Positions 39,935-53,070 of a stretch of DNA of 64,000 nucleotides are shown here, one piece after another. A program made the translations under genes and the position numbers. The first letter of the stretch is position 1, and each line of letters starts with the position of its first letter. Below the pieces are notes generated by a model. That model was not told the origin of the DNA, did not search any database, and saw only the letters and a list, made by a program, of their open reading frames with translations. Origin of the DNA: Felis catus (Eukaryota). The stretch spans positions 189,908,001 to 189,972,000 of the forward strand of contig NC_058368.1 of NCBI RefSeq assembly GCF_018350175.1, given 5' to 3'.

Positions 39935-42900
39935 CATCTTCCTTATCCATTCATCCATCGATGGACATTTGGGCTCTTTCCATACTTTGGCTATTATTGA
40001 TAGTGCTGCTATAAACACTGTGTCCCTTTGAAACAGCATACCTGTATCCCTTGGATAAATACCTAGTAGTGCAATTGCTGAGTCATAGGGTAGTTCTATT
40101 TTTAATTTTTTGAGGAACCTCCATACTGTTTTCCAGAGTGGCTGTACCAGTTTGCATTCCCACCAGCAGTGCAAAAGAGATCCTCTTTCTCCACATTCTC
40201 GCCAACATCTGTTGTTGCCTGAGTTGTTAATGTTAGCCATTATGATAGGTATGAGGTGGTATCTCATTGTGGTTTTGATTTGTATTTCCCTGATGATGAA
40301 TGATGTTGAGCATTTTTTTCATGTGTCGGTTGGCCATCTGGATGTCTTCTTTGGAGAAGTGTCTATTCATGTTTTTTGCCTGTTTCTTCACTGGATTATT
40401 TGTGTTTTGGGTGTTGAGTTTGATAAATTCTTTATAGATTTTGGATACTAACCCTTTATCTGATATGTTATTTGGAAATATCTTCTCCCATTCTGTCAGT
40501 TGCCTTTTAGTTTTGCTGATTGTTTCCTTCACTGTGCAGAAGCTTTTTATTTTGATGAGGTCCTAATAGTTCATTTTTGCTTTTGTTTCCCTTGCCTCTA
40601 GAGATGTGTTGAGTAATAAGTTGTTTTTGCCTGCTTTCTCCTCAAGGCTTTTGATGGCTTCCTTTCTTGTATTTAGGTCTTTCATCCATTTTGGGTTTAT
40701 TTTTATGTATGGTGTAAGAAAGTGGTCCAGGTTCATTTTTCTGCATGTTGCTGTCCAGTTTTCCCAGCACCACTTGCTGAAGAGACTGTTTTTATTCCAT
40801 TGGATATTCTTTCCTGCTTTGTCAAAGATTAGTTGGCCATACATTTGTGGGTCCATTTCTGGGTTCTCTATTCTGATCCATTGATCTGAGTGTCTGTTTC
40901 TGTGCCAGTACCATGGTGTCTTGATGATTACAGCGTTGTAGAACAGCTTGAAGTCCAGTATTGTGATGCCTCCTGCTTTGGTTTTCTTTTTCAAGATTGC
41001 TTTGGCTATTCGGGGTCTTTTCTGGTTCCATATAAATTTTAGGATTGTTTGTTCTAGCTCTGTGAAGAATGCTAGTGTTATTTTGTTAGGGATTGCATTG
41101 AATATGTATATTGCTTTGGGTAGTATTGACATTTTAACAATATTTGTTCTTCCTATCCAGAAGCATGGAATATTTTTCCATTTCTTTGTGTCTTCTTCAA
41201 TTTCTTTCATAAGCTTTCTATAGTGTCCAGTGTATAGGTTTTTCACCTCTTTGGTTAAATTTATTCCTAGGTATTTTATGGTTTTTGTTACAATTGTAAA
41301 TGGGATCTATTCCTTGATTTCTCTTTCTGTTGCTTCATTATTGGTGTATAGGAATGCAACCAATTTCTGTGCATTGATTTTATATCCTGCAACTTTGCTG
41401 AATTCATGGATCAGTTCTAGCAGTTTTTTGGTGGAATCTTTTGGGTTTTCCATCTATAGTATCATGTTATCTGCGAAGAGTGAAAGTTTGACCTCCTCCT
41501 GGCCGGTTTGGATTCCTTTTATTTCTTTGTGTTGTCTGATTGCAGAGGCTAAGATTCCAATACTATGTTGAATAACAGTGGTGAGAGTGTACATCCCTGT
41601 CTTGTTCCTGACCTTAGGGGGAAAGCTCTCAGTTTTTCCCCATTGCGGATGGTATTAGCGTTGGGTCTTTCATACATGGCTTTTATGATCTCAAGGTATG
41701 ATCCTCTGTCCCTACTTTCTGGAGGGTTTTTATCAAGAAAGGATGCTGTATTTTGTCAAATGCTTTCTCTGCATCTATTGAGAGGATCATGTGGTTCTTG
41801 TCCTTTCTCTTATGATGTGACAAATCACATTGATTATTTTGCGGATATTTAACCAGCCCTGCATCCCAGGTATAAATCCCACTTGGTCGTGGTGAATAAT
41901 TTTTTTAATGTATTGTTGGATCCAGTTGGCTAATAACTTGAGGATTTTTGCATCCATATTCATCAGGGAAATTGGTCTATAGTTCTTTTTATTGGGGTCT
42001 TTGGTTTTGGTCTTCTATGCTGGCTTCATAGAAGGAGTTTGGAAGTTTTCCTTCCATTTCTATTTTTTGGAACAGCTTCAAGAGAATAGGTGTTAACTCT
42101 TCCTTAAATGTTTGGTAGAATTCCCCTGGAAAGCCATCTAGCTCTGCACTCTTGTTTTTTGGGAGATTATTGATTACTAATTCGACTTCTTTGCTGGTTA
42201 CAGGTCTGTTCAAATTTTCTATTTCTTCATGTTCAGTTTTGGTAGTTTATATGTTTGTAGGAATTTGTTCATTTCTTCCAGATTGCCTATTTTATTGGCA
42301 TATAATTGCTCATAATATTCTCTTAATATTGTTCTTGTTTCTCCTGTATTGGTTGTGATGTCTCCTCTTTCATTCTTATTTTATTTATTTGGGTCCTTTC
42401 CTTTTTCTTTTTGATCCAACTGGTTAGTGGTTTATCAATTTTGTTAATTCTTTCAAAGAACCAGCTTATGGTCTCGTTGATCTGTTCTACTGTTTTTTTT
42501 GTTTGTTTTGTTTTGTTCTGTTTTGTTTTTGATAGCATTGATTTCTGCTCTCATCGTTATTATTTCCTGTCTTCTGCTGGTTTTGGTTTTATTTGCTGTT
42601 CTTTTTCCAACTGTTTAAGGTGTAAGGTTAGCTTGTGTATCTGAGACCTTTCTTCCTCCTATGGAAAAGATTGGTGTGCTATATACTTCCCTCTTATGAC
42701 TGCCTTGGCTGTGTCCCAGAGGTTTTGGGTTGTGGTGTTATCATTTTCATTGGCTTCCATATACTTTTTAATTTCCTCTTTAACTGCTTGGTTAACCCAT
42801 TCATTCTTAAGTAGGATGTTCTTTAGTCTGCAAGTATTTGTTATCTTTCCAAATTTTTTCTTGTGGTTGATTTCGAGTTTCACAGCGTTGTGGTCTGAAA

Positions 42901-43589
42901 ATATGCACGGTATGATCTCGATCTTTTTGTACTTGTTGAGGGCTGATTTGTGTCCCAGTATGTGATCTATTCTGGAGAACGTTCCAAGTGCACTGGAGAA
43001 GAATGTATATTCTGCTGCTTTAGGATGAAATGTTCTGAATATATCTGTTAAGTCCATCTGGTCCAGTGTCTCATTCAAAGCCATTGTTTTCTTCTTGATT
43101 TTCTGTTTAGATGATCTGTCCATTGTTGTAAGTGGGGTGTTGAAGTCCCCTACTATTATGGTATTATTATCAATGAGTTTCTTTATGTTTGTGGTTAATT
43201 GATTTATATATTTGGGTTCTTTCACATTTGGAGCATAAATGTTTACAATTGTTAGGTCTTCTTGGTATATATACCCCTTAATTATGATATAATGCCCTTC
43301 TTCATCTTTTATTACAGTCTTTATTTTGAAGTCTAGATTGTCTGATATAAGTAGGCTACTCCAGCTTTCTTTTGTCGACCATTAGCATGATAGATGGTTC
43401 TCCATCCCCTTACTTTCAGTCTGAAGGTGTCTTTAGGTCTAAAGTGGGTCTCTTGTAAACAGCATATAGATGGATTTTGTTTTCATATCTATTCTGTTAC
43501 CCTGTGTCTTTTGATTGGAGCATTTAGTCCATTGACGTTTAGAGTGAGTGTAAGATATGACGTTTAGAGTGAGTGTAAGATATGAATTT

Positions 43590-43806
43590 TTTGTTTAATT
43601 TTTTTTAATTATTTATTTTTGACAGACAGAGAGACAGAGCATGAGTGAGGGAGGGGCAGAGAGAGAGGGACGCATAGAATCCAAAGCAGGATCCAGGCTC
43701 TGAGCTGTCAGCACAGAGCCTGACACCGGGCTCGAACTCACAGACCACGAGATCATGACCTGAGCCAAAGTCGGATGCTCAACCAACTGAGCCACCCAGG
43801 TGCCCC
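43590..43806 (-). mobile_element. Can-SINE inserted in the first codons of L1 ORF2
   Basis: TSD AAGATATGAATTT at 43577-43589 and 43810-43822. Confidence 0.92.
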
Positions 43807-45374
43807 TGAAAGATATGAATTTATTGCCATTATGTTGCGTGTAGAGTTGGAGTTTCTGGTGGTGTTCTCTGGCCCTTTCTAGTCTTTGTTGCTTTTAGTC
43901 TTTTTTTTTTTTTTCCTCTGTCTTTTCTCTCCCCAGAGAGTCCCCCTTGAAGTTTCTTGCAGGTCTGGTTTAGTGGTCACCAACTCCTTTAATTTTCATT
44001 TTGTCTGGGAAACTTTTAATCTCTTTTTCTATTTTGAATGACAGCCTTGCTGGATAAAGAATTACTGGCTGCGTATTTTTCCAATTCAGCACATTGAATG
44101 TATCCTGCCACTCCCTTCTGACCTGCCAAGTTTCTGTGGATAGGTCTGTTGCAAGCCTGATCTGTCTTCTCTTGTAAGTTAAGGACTGTTTTTCCCTTAC
44201 TGGTTTCATGATTCTTTCTTTGCCTGAGTATTTTGTGGATTTGACTATGATATGCCTTGTTGATGGTCAGTTTTTGTTGAATCTAATGGGAGTCCTCTGT
44301 GCTTCCTGGATTTTGATGTCTGTGTCTTTCCCCAGGTTAGGAAAGTTTTCCAGTATGATTTGCTGACATAACCCTTCTACCTGTTTTTCTCTGTCTTCAT
44401 CTTCTGGGACCCCTATGATTCTCATGTTGTTCCTTTTTAATAAGGCACTGATTTCTCTAATTCTTAAATCATTCTCTTTTGCCTTAGTCTTCCTCTTTTT
44501 GTCTGCTTCATTATTCTCCATAAATTTGTCCTCTATATCACTGATTCACTGCTCTGCCTCATCCATCCTTGCTGCCATGGCCTCTATTCGAGATTGCAGC
44601 TCAGTTATAGCATTTTTTATTTCATCCTGACTGGCTTTTACTTCTTTTATCACTGCAGGAAGGGATTCTAATCTATTTTCTAACCCCAGCTAGTATTTTT
44701 ATTATCGTGATTCTAAATTCTGGTTCAGACATCTTGCTCGTATCTGTGTTGATTAGGTCCCTGGCTGTCATGTCTTTTTTCTTTTGGGGTGAATTCCTTC
44801 ATTTCATCATTTTGAAGGAAGAAAAGGAATTAATAAGGTAAAAAAAATTAAAATTAAAAAATTAAAAACACACACATACACAAAATCAAAGAAATTATGC
44901 TAGATCCTGGGTATATTTTGTTCTGGTTGTTGAAAGGAGCTTCATAGATTAGAGAAAAAAGAGAAAAAGGGGGGAAAAAAAGATGAAAAAGAAAAAAAGA
45001 AAAACATTTGAAAATTTGAAAAAGTGAATACAATGGAATATAATGAAATGAAATGATGGAAGTAAAATAGAATTTGAAAAATTTACAAAATAGTCAAAAA
45101 TGTAGTAGGAAAAAATTAAAGAAAAATATTTTTAATAAAAATTGAAAATAAAACTATTTTTTTTCTCTTTCTGATGAGTTCTGTGGTTCAGGTTGTGAAG
45201 ATTATTGTGTTAATCCTCAAATCAATTTTCTAGGTGTGCAGGGTGGTTTAGTGTTGACCTGGCTGTATTTCATGGATGTGAGGTGCAAGAAAAAAAAAAA
45301 CTTCCAAGCTGTTCTGCCATCTTGGCTCTTCCCAGCTCCATTATGTTTTATTTGAAAGTGTTGGTTCTTCCTCC

Positions 45375-45799
45375 TTTTTTCTTTCTTTTTAAATTTTTAT
45401 TTAAATCCAAATTAGTCAACATATATTGTAAAATTGATTTCAGGAATAGAATTTAGTGGTTCACCACTTACATATAACACCCAGTGCTCGTCCCAACAAG
45501 TCTTCTCCTTAATGACTCTTGCCCATTTAGCCCATCTCCCCACCCAGCACCCCACCAGCAACCCTCAGTTTATTCTCTGTATTTAAGAGTCTCTTATGGT
45601 TTGTTTCCCTCTCTGTTTTTCTTATTTTTCCTTCCCTTCCCCTATGTTCATCTGATTTGTTTCTTAAATTCCACATATGAGTGAAATCATATGATATTTG
45701 TCTTTCTCTGATTGGCTTATTTCACTTAGCATAATACACTCTAGTTCCATCCATGTTGTTGCAAATGGCAAGATTTCATTCTTTTTGATTACTGAATAA
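45375..45799 (-). mobile_element. 5'-truncated carnivore L1 3' end
   Basis: Reverse L1 3'UTR (cacccagtgctc...accctcagttt...aagagtctcttatgg) and ORF2 tail. Confidence 0.88.
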
Positions 45800-46299
45800 T
45801 AGGGACTTACAAATTTAAATGAGAAACCACTATAAACCTATCTGAACTTACCAAATCCAAAATACAGACAATGCCAAATACTGCGGAGGATGTAGAGCAA
45901 AGGACATTTTAATTCATTGCTAGTGGGAATACATAATGGTATAATTATTTTGGAAGACAGTTTGGCAATTCCTTATAAAACTACAAAAACTCTTACCATA
46001 TGATCCAGCAATCATACTCCTTGGTATTTACCAAAAATATTGAAAACTTGTGTTCACACAAAAACCTGCACACAGATGTTTATAGCCATTTTATTCATAA
46101 TTGCCAAAACAGAAACAATCAAGATGTCCTTCAGTAGGTGACTAGATAAACTGTGATATACATAAACAGTGGAATATTATTCAGTGTTAAAAAGAAATGA
46201 ACTATCAAGCCCTGAAAACACATGGGGGAATCTTACATGCATATGAATGAGTGAAAGAAGCAATGAATAGCATTATATTTTTGTCTTAGTTACCGTCTA

Positions 46300-46903
46300 G
46301 TTACAGAAATTTTTATATGTAAAGCAGAATAGCATAATGAATCTCCATGTACCCATCACTCAACAATTATCAACAGTTTAGCTCTTGTTAGTTTATTTAT
46401 TTCTTCTACTTTTTAGTGGGAAGTGCTTTAAGTATGTTAAAGTAAATCACATATGTCATATAATTTCATCTGCATATACATCAGTATGTATATTTATTAG
46501 CTAAGGACTTGAAAAAAATGTTGAACCATTTTTATACCTGAAGCATTAATATTTCCTTATTATCATCCAACAACTGACCTGTTGAATTTTCCTCCATTCA
46601 CAATTAGTTTGCATAAAACAGGATCCAAGCAAGACGTACACATTGGATGTGATTATGTTTCTTAAGCCTCTTCTTTGCTAAAATCGTGCTCTAACCTCTT
46701 TTATTTTTTTAATTCCATGTATTTATTGAAGAAACAGGAAATTATACTCATCTTACATTTTGCTTATTACATCCTTGGATATTGTTTATATGTTTCCCTT
46801 TCACCTATTTTTTTTTCTGTAAAATGATAGATCTTGCAACTTGATTAAATTCAGGTTCAAATTTTTTTCTTTTACTTTTTTCCCCCTTTATTTTTCTTTT
46901 CCC

Positions 46904-46953
<50 letters not shown>

Positions 46954-49230
46954 ACAATGATACCTCCTGGGTGCTGTGTACTTTGTATTGTATCACATCA
47001 AGAGGCACACAAAGTCTGTTTTTCTCTAATAGTGATGTTAAGAATGATCTGTGGGTTCAGGTATTATCACTTTAATAGTACTTCTCAATTCTGGGCTGTA
47101 CAGTAGCATCACTTGAAGAGTTTAGACGAAACAAATTAGAATCTTTGTCAGGGTGGGACCTGAGCAGCAGTATTCTTTAAAAGTTTCTCTAGGGGCGCCT
47201 GGGTGGCGCAGTCAGTTAAGCGTCCGACTTCAGCCAGGTCATGATCTCGTGGTCTGTGAGTTTGAGCCCCGCGTCGGGCTCTGGGCTGATGGCTCGGAGC
47301 CTGGAGCCTGTTTCCGATTCTGTGTCTCCCTCTCTCTCTGCCCCTCCCCCGTTCATGCTCTGTCTCTCTCTGTCCCAAAAATAAATAAACGTTGAAAAAA
47401 AAAAATTTTTTTTTTTTTTTTAAGTTTCTCTAGGTTGGGGTGCCTGGATGGCTCAGTTGGTTAAGTATCCGACTTCAGTTCAGGTCATGATCTCACAGGG
47501 TTCAGAGAGCCCCACATTGGGCGCTCTGCTGTCACTGCTTCGAATCCTCTGTCCTCCCCTCTCTCTGCCCCTCCCTCCACCCCCCCACCCCATCTCTCTC
47601 TCTCATAAATATTAAACATTAAATAAAAAAGTTTTTCCAGGTGATTGTAACGGTCAGCTAAGGTTGAGAATTACCATTGTAATGATTTTAGTAGCTATGG
47701 TGATTGTTGCCTAGACCAATGGGATTGTAAAATGGTGATTTTCTCCATCAGCATTTCTTCATTAACTAGAATGCTTTTTTGAAGAAAAACTTGCCATCAA
47801 CTACTTGGTTACTCTGAAATACAGGAAGAGCAGGATAAATTCTTGATTCCCCCTCCCCCCCACTCCCCACACCCTCGCCTGATATTACTGAGACTTGTTT
47901 TGTTTTAGGAATACCGTCATGAACAAATATATTTATATATATTTGGTATTTTTTGATACATTGCAATCATTATTATATCTTCTGATGCTCAAATTATTCT
48001 TTTATTTGTCCAGTTGGCTATAAGTTGGGTTCTGTGTCCTTAATCTTTGATAGCTTTTTTGTTCTCTGGCAAAGTATGCCCTAGGTTTTTCTTGTACGTT
48101 TTGTACTTCCCAGACCTGGAATCAGCCATTTTATCCAGAAATCCAAGTTTCTTTTACTGAAATCACAATTTGGGCAATAAGGATGCTTATCACTTCTGAA
48201 TTAACAAAGTGTCTAGGGCTTTTCAGTGGAAAATATGAGAATACGTATGAGAATAATATGTATTTTTTGTATGAGAAGTAATTCATGAGTATATACTGAT
48301 ATTTATAAAATAAATTAAACATTGTAGTTTCAAATGAAGTTCTTTGATTTTATGTGCTAACATCTTTTCTCCCTAGGAGAAATCTTGTTTTCTAGTGATA
48401 ATAATATATTTGCTTTGTCCTACAAAATATGTTTTTTTTCCTAATATGTTTGTGGGGGGTGGGGGGAGAGAGAGAGAATAGCTTCAAAACAATTATAGCA
48501 AGAGTTTCAAAGCAGCAGTATCACAAACAATAAAATTACCAAATGTAGTTTAGTATTTGTCATTCTTTTCTCTTTAGGGTGTATCATACCAGGAAGACAC
48601 AATAAAGACATCAGATTTAAATTATCTTGAAATAATTTTTCTCTGTGTAGTTAAGGAAACTGCAACTTGATATGAGCTTGGGTTCATTTGTTTTCGTTTG
48701 CTTTTAATTTTTAGGGCATTACTTTTTAAAATAGTAAATTGTTTTAAAATTATGCAAAGTTGTTACATGGTTTCAAAGCCAAAATCATAATACAAAGTAC
48801 ATTCTGAGAAGCCTGGCTTCTCTGCCTGTCTCTTCCCCCCTTCCATCTTGCCTCCTACATGCCACCATTTCTTTTATTTTTTAATGTTTGTTTATTTTTG
48901 AGAAAGAGAGAGAGAGTGCAAGTGGGGGAGGGGCATAGAGACAAGGAGACAGAATCTGAAGCAGACTCCAGGCTCCAAGCTGTCAGCACAGAGCCTGACA
49001 TGGGGCTCGAACTCATGAACAGTGAGATCATGACCAGAGCCGAAGTCAGGTGCTTAACCGACTGAGGCACCCAGACGCCCCTACATACCACTACTTCAAT
49101 TAGATTTTGCTCTACCTTTGCATTCTTTCTTTTTGAAAATAAAAGCAAAACATATGTGTGTATATTTATGAATACATTGCTACAAATAACTTTTTTTAAG
49201 ACTAAGTAGTAACACATTATAAGTGTTTCT
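46300..49230 (-). mobile_element. Ancient L1M 3'UTR-type sequence with nested MER5-like MITE (~47078-47678) and SINEs (47192-47421 +, 47437-~47628 +, ~48870-49081 -)
   Basis: cataatgaatctccatgtacccatcactcaac, cccagacctggaatcagccattt motifs. SINE TSD AAGTTTCTCTAGG. Confidence 0.6.
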
Positions 49231-49254
49231 AGTTTCTAAAGTACTCATATAGAC

Positions 49255-49645
49255 ATCCTCTGGCAAGTTCCTCATGACAGACCTTTTAAGTTGGCAGAAC
49301 AGGTAATATTATCTCTTTTATATAAGGAACCCAATGCTCAGAAAAATGTAGGTTTCTTTAAGGTTACCAGGTTTATAAGTGGCACAGCTAGAACTAGTAC
49401 CCGTGTACTGTGGCATGGTAGTTAGGAGAACAAGTTCTAGAGTTAGCTTGCCTGATTCTGTTTCACTACTTACTAATTACTGACTTTGAGCACTTTACTC
49501 AGTCTCTTCCAGGTTATCTTTTTCCTCATCTGTTAAATGGAGAAAGAGTATCTGTCTCATATAGTTATTCTAATGAGTAATTGAGATAACACATAAACCT
49601 TAGCAGATGCCTGGAAAAGGTAGTAATTGCTTATTAAATGTTGAC
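49255..49645. mobile_element. Two adjacent MIR fragments in opposite orientation
   Basis: attatctctttt...gtggcacagctagaac (-), and gcatggtagttaggag...cctcatctgttaaatgg...taattgagataa (+). Confidence 0.65.
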
Positions 49646-49869
49646 TAATATTATCATTCTGAAAATTCTAGTTGATGCTTTTCCCACTATACCTCAGTGC
49701 TTCCAAAGTTATTCATTTTCATCCATGCAAACTTCTAGGATTACTCCTGTCTTAACTGATCTATTTTGTGGGTCTAATGTGTTTTTACCACACTGGTATA
49801 GCCATTTGGTGTTTGCAGTTTGCCTTACAGACTTGAGCACATGTCTACTATATACCTAGATTCTAGATC

Positions 49870-50050
49870 ATTTTTATTTTGTATTTATTTTTAATGTTTA
49901 TTTGAGAGAAAGAGAGAGAGCAAGAGAAAGAGTGAGCACATGCATGTGAGCAGGGGAGGGGCAGAGTGAGAGGGAGAGAGATGAACCGTGAGTTCATGAC
50001 TCGAGCCAAAATCAAGGGTCAGATGCTTAACTGAGCTACCCAGGTGCCCC
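49870..50050 (-). mobile_element. Internally deleted Can-SINE
   Basis: Reverse SINE with TSD CTAGATCATT. Confidence 0.85.
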
Positions 50051-50937
50051 TAGATCATTCTTAAATTAAATTATCCACCAAGCCTTGCATAATATCTTGC
50101 CTACGTTGAGTCCTGAAAAAAAAATAGTGGGTGATTGTTTCCACCTGATGTGAAGGTTTTGTGAAAGAGGAAGTGTCTATGTAATTCAGTGAATGGGGAG
50201 ACGCTCAGGTGAAAGAGCTACAGGAGCAAAATCATACTAGCTAGAAGTATAACACGTTCAGGACGTATGTATTATATTAAAAATGCTTGAATGAAGATGT
50301 GGCAATAGGAAAGGAAATCTGAAACATTTTGGAAACTTAGCCTCATACTTATGATAGTTAACATGGACAAGGTTTGCAGCACTTGGAGATTTGGGGGTGA
50401 GATATCAATCCGCTGAAGATACCCCATATTTTCAGAGTTTGAGATGATGTCTAGTATGTTGATTATACTTCTATTTTTTAATAGAAGGAAACAAAGTTGA
50501 CCTTTTTTAAAAAAAAAAAATGAGAGCATGAAATGAAACCCCCAACTTGTCATGGGTTTTGCTCATGAGTATGGTTTTTATGTTTATGTTATGTCACTAG
50601 ATGGAGTCCATGAGCCCAGGGAACTCTTGCTTGGACTTTTGTATATCCCTTCCTATGATTCCTGTTCTATGCCTTTACAATACCTAAAAAAATTGGGTTT
50701 GAATGGCAGAATTTTTAGATTTGCCTTAAAAAGGCAGTTTGTAAAACAGTAAAAATAATCTTTTCAATTGTTCATGTTGCAAAAATTTTATTTGGAAATG
50801 ATCTTTAAAACCACAGTTTAATATCCATTCTAAATCTGATAGTGAGTGTTTTCAATTTAATTATTGTCAATTAAAGTTAAGTTGTCATCCTCTGTTCCAG
50901 TGGTGCAGCCCCACCCCTCCCCACCCTGCCCAGGAGG

Positions 50938-51475
50938 TTTTTTTTTGTATAGTTGACACACAATGTTATATTCATTTCAGATGTACAGCATAGTGATTTG
51001 ATAAGTGTATACATTGTGCTATGTTCATCACAAGTGTAGCTACCATCTGTCCCCTGTACATTGCTCTTACAATATTATTAACTGTATTCCTTATACTGTG
51101 CCTTTTGTTCCTGTGACTTATTCACTTGTTAACTGGAAGCCTGTATCTCCCACTCCCCTTCACTCATTTTGCCCAACATCCCACCCCTCTCTCCTCTGGC
51201 AACCATCAGTTTGTTCTCTGTATTCTGCTTACTGCTCTAATACTGTAATACTGTTGTATTCTGCTTATTATGCTTACGGTCTGATTCTGCTTTTTGTTCA
51301 TTGTTTTTTTTTTTTTTTATTCCACTTATAAGTGAAATCATATGGTATTTGTCCTTCTCAATCTGACTTATTTCACTTAGCATGATACCCTCTAGGTCCA
51401 TTTATGTTGTTGCAAATGACAAGATCTCACTTTTTTTTTTAAGTTTATTTATTTTAAGAGAAAGAAGGGGGAAAG

Positions 51476-51525
<50 letters not shown>

Positions 51526-53070
51526 ATCCCAAGCACAGAGCTGGATGTGGGGCTCATTCCCACGAACCATGAGATCATGACCTGAGCCAAAATCAAGTGT
51601 TGGATGTTTAACTGACTGAGCCACCCAAATGTCCCAGTATCCCATACTTTTTTATGGCTGTATAATACTCCATTGTGTGTATATATAACACATCTGTTTT
51701 ATCCATTCATCTACTAATGGACACTTAGGTTGCTTCCATTTCTTAGCTATTGTAAATAAAACTGCAATAAACATAGGGGTGTATATATCTTTTTGAATTG
51801 ATGTCTTCATTTTCTTTGGGTAAATACCCCATAGTGGAATTATTGGATCATATGGTAATTCTATTTTTAACTTTTTGAGGAACCTCCATATTGTTTTCCA
51901 TAGTGACTGGTACCAATTTACCAACAGCATTGAGGTCCCTTTTTCTCCAAATCCTCACCAACACTTGTTATTTTTTGTCTTTTTGACTTTAGCCCTTCTA
52001 TCAGGTGTAAGATGATATTCCATCATGGTTTTGATTTGTATTTGCTTGATGACGAGTGATGTTGAGCATCGTTTCATATGTCTGTTGACCATCTGTATAT
52101 CTTCTTTAGAAAGATGTCTATTCAGGGGCGCCTAGGTGGCTCAGTCGGTTGAGCGTACGGCTTTGGCTCAGATCATGATCTCACAGTTTGTGGGTTTGAA
52201 CCCCACATCGGGCTCTGTGCTGACAGCTTAGAGCCTGGAGCCTGCTTCTGATTCTGTGTTTCCCTCTCTCTCTGCTCCTCCCCCGCTCATGCTCTGTCTC
52301 TCTCTCCTTCAAAAATAAATAAAAACATTTAAAAAAAAATTAGAAAGATGTCTATTCAGGTCCTCTGCCCATTTTTTAATCAGATTGTTTTTTGATGTCA
52401 AGTTATATAAATTCTTTATATGTTTTGGATATTAACCCCTTATCAGGTATACTGTTTGTAAATATCTTATCTTCTCCCATTCAGTAAGGTTACCTTTTTG
52501 TTTTGTTGATAGTTTCCTTTGCTATGTAAACGCTCTGAGGTAGTCCCAGTAGTTTATTTTTGCTTTTGTTTCCCTTGCCTTAGGAGACATATCTAGAAAA
52601 CTGTTATGAGCAATGTCAGTGAAATTACTGCCTGTGCTCTTTTCTAGGATTTTTATGGTCTCACAGTAAGGTCTTTAATCCATTTTGGGTTCATTTTTGT
52701 GTATCGTATTCAAAGGTGGTCCAGTTTCATTCTTTTTACATGTAGCTATTCAGTTTTCCCAGCACCATATTGAAGACAGGATTTTCCCCATTGTATATTC
52801 TTGCCTCTTTTGTCATAAATTAATTGATCATGTAATCATAGATTTATTTTTGAGTTCTGTTCAGTTCTGTTGATCTGTGTGTCTATTTTTGTGCCAGTGC
52901 CGTATGTTTTGATTGCTATAGCTTTGAATATCTTGAAATATGGAATGGTGATATCTCCAGCTTCCCCCCACTACCCCGCCCAAGATTGCTTTAGCTATTT
53001 GGGGTCTTTCATCGTTCCATATAAATTTTAGGATTACTTGTTCTAGTTTTGTGAAAAATGTAGTTGATGA
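50938..53070 (-). mobile_element. 5'-truncated L1 (antisense) with SINEs at ~51430-51636 (-) and 52125-52341 (+)
   Basis: ORF2 C-terminal remnant [30 protein letters not shown] and reverse 3'UTR. SINE TSD AGAAAGATGTCTATTCAGG. Confidence 0.88.

Larger units (their letters stand above)
39418..45332 (-). mobile_element. Carnivore L1 with both termini present and ORF1/ORF2 disabled; shortened 5'UTR
   Basis: 5' terminus GGAAGAGCCAAGATGGCAG (YY1 motif). ORF1 start at 44810 (ATG ATG AAA TGA). ORF2 start at 43830 (MAINSYLS). EN/RT fragments in ORFs 42659-43225, 40563-41246 and 39932-40267. TSD CAGC(C/T)CCATTATG at 39405-39417 and 45333-45345. Confidence 0.93.
31000..46265 (+). mobile_element. Ancient near full-length L1M in sense to SOX30, split by younger insertions (own segments ~31000-34165, ~36705-39375, ~45800-46265)
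   Basis: Colinear ORF1 remnants (~31700-32580), EN (33750-34160, 37000-37430), RT (37900-39100) and C-terminus. The sequence resumes across each insertion. Confidence 0.8.

Noticed and set aside
39932..44521. Reverse transcriptase/endonuclease-like ORFs as an active or domesticated gene
   Set aside because: Fragments of a dead L1: ORF1 stops at codon 4, ORF2 is broken by a SINE, frameshifts and a microsatellite.
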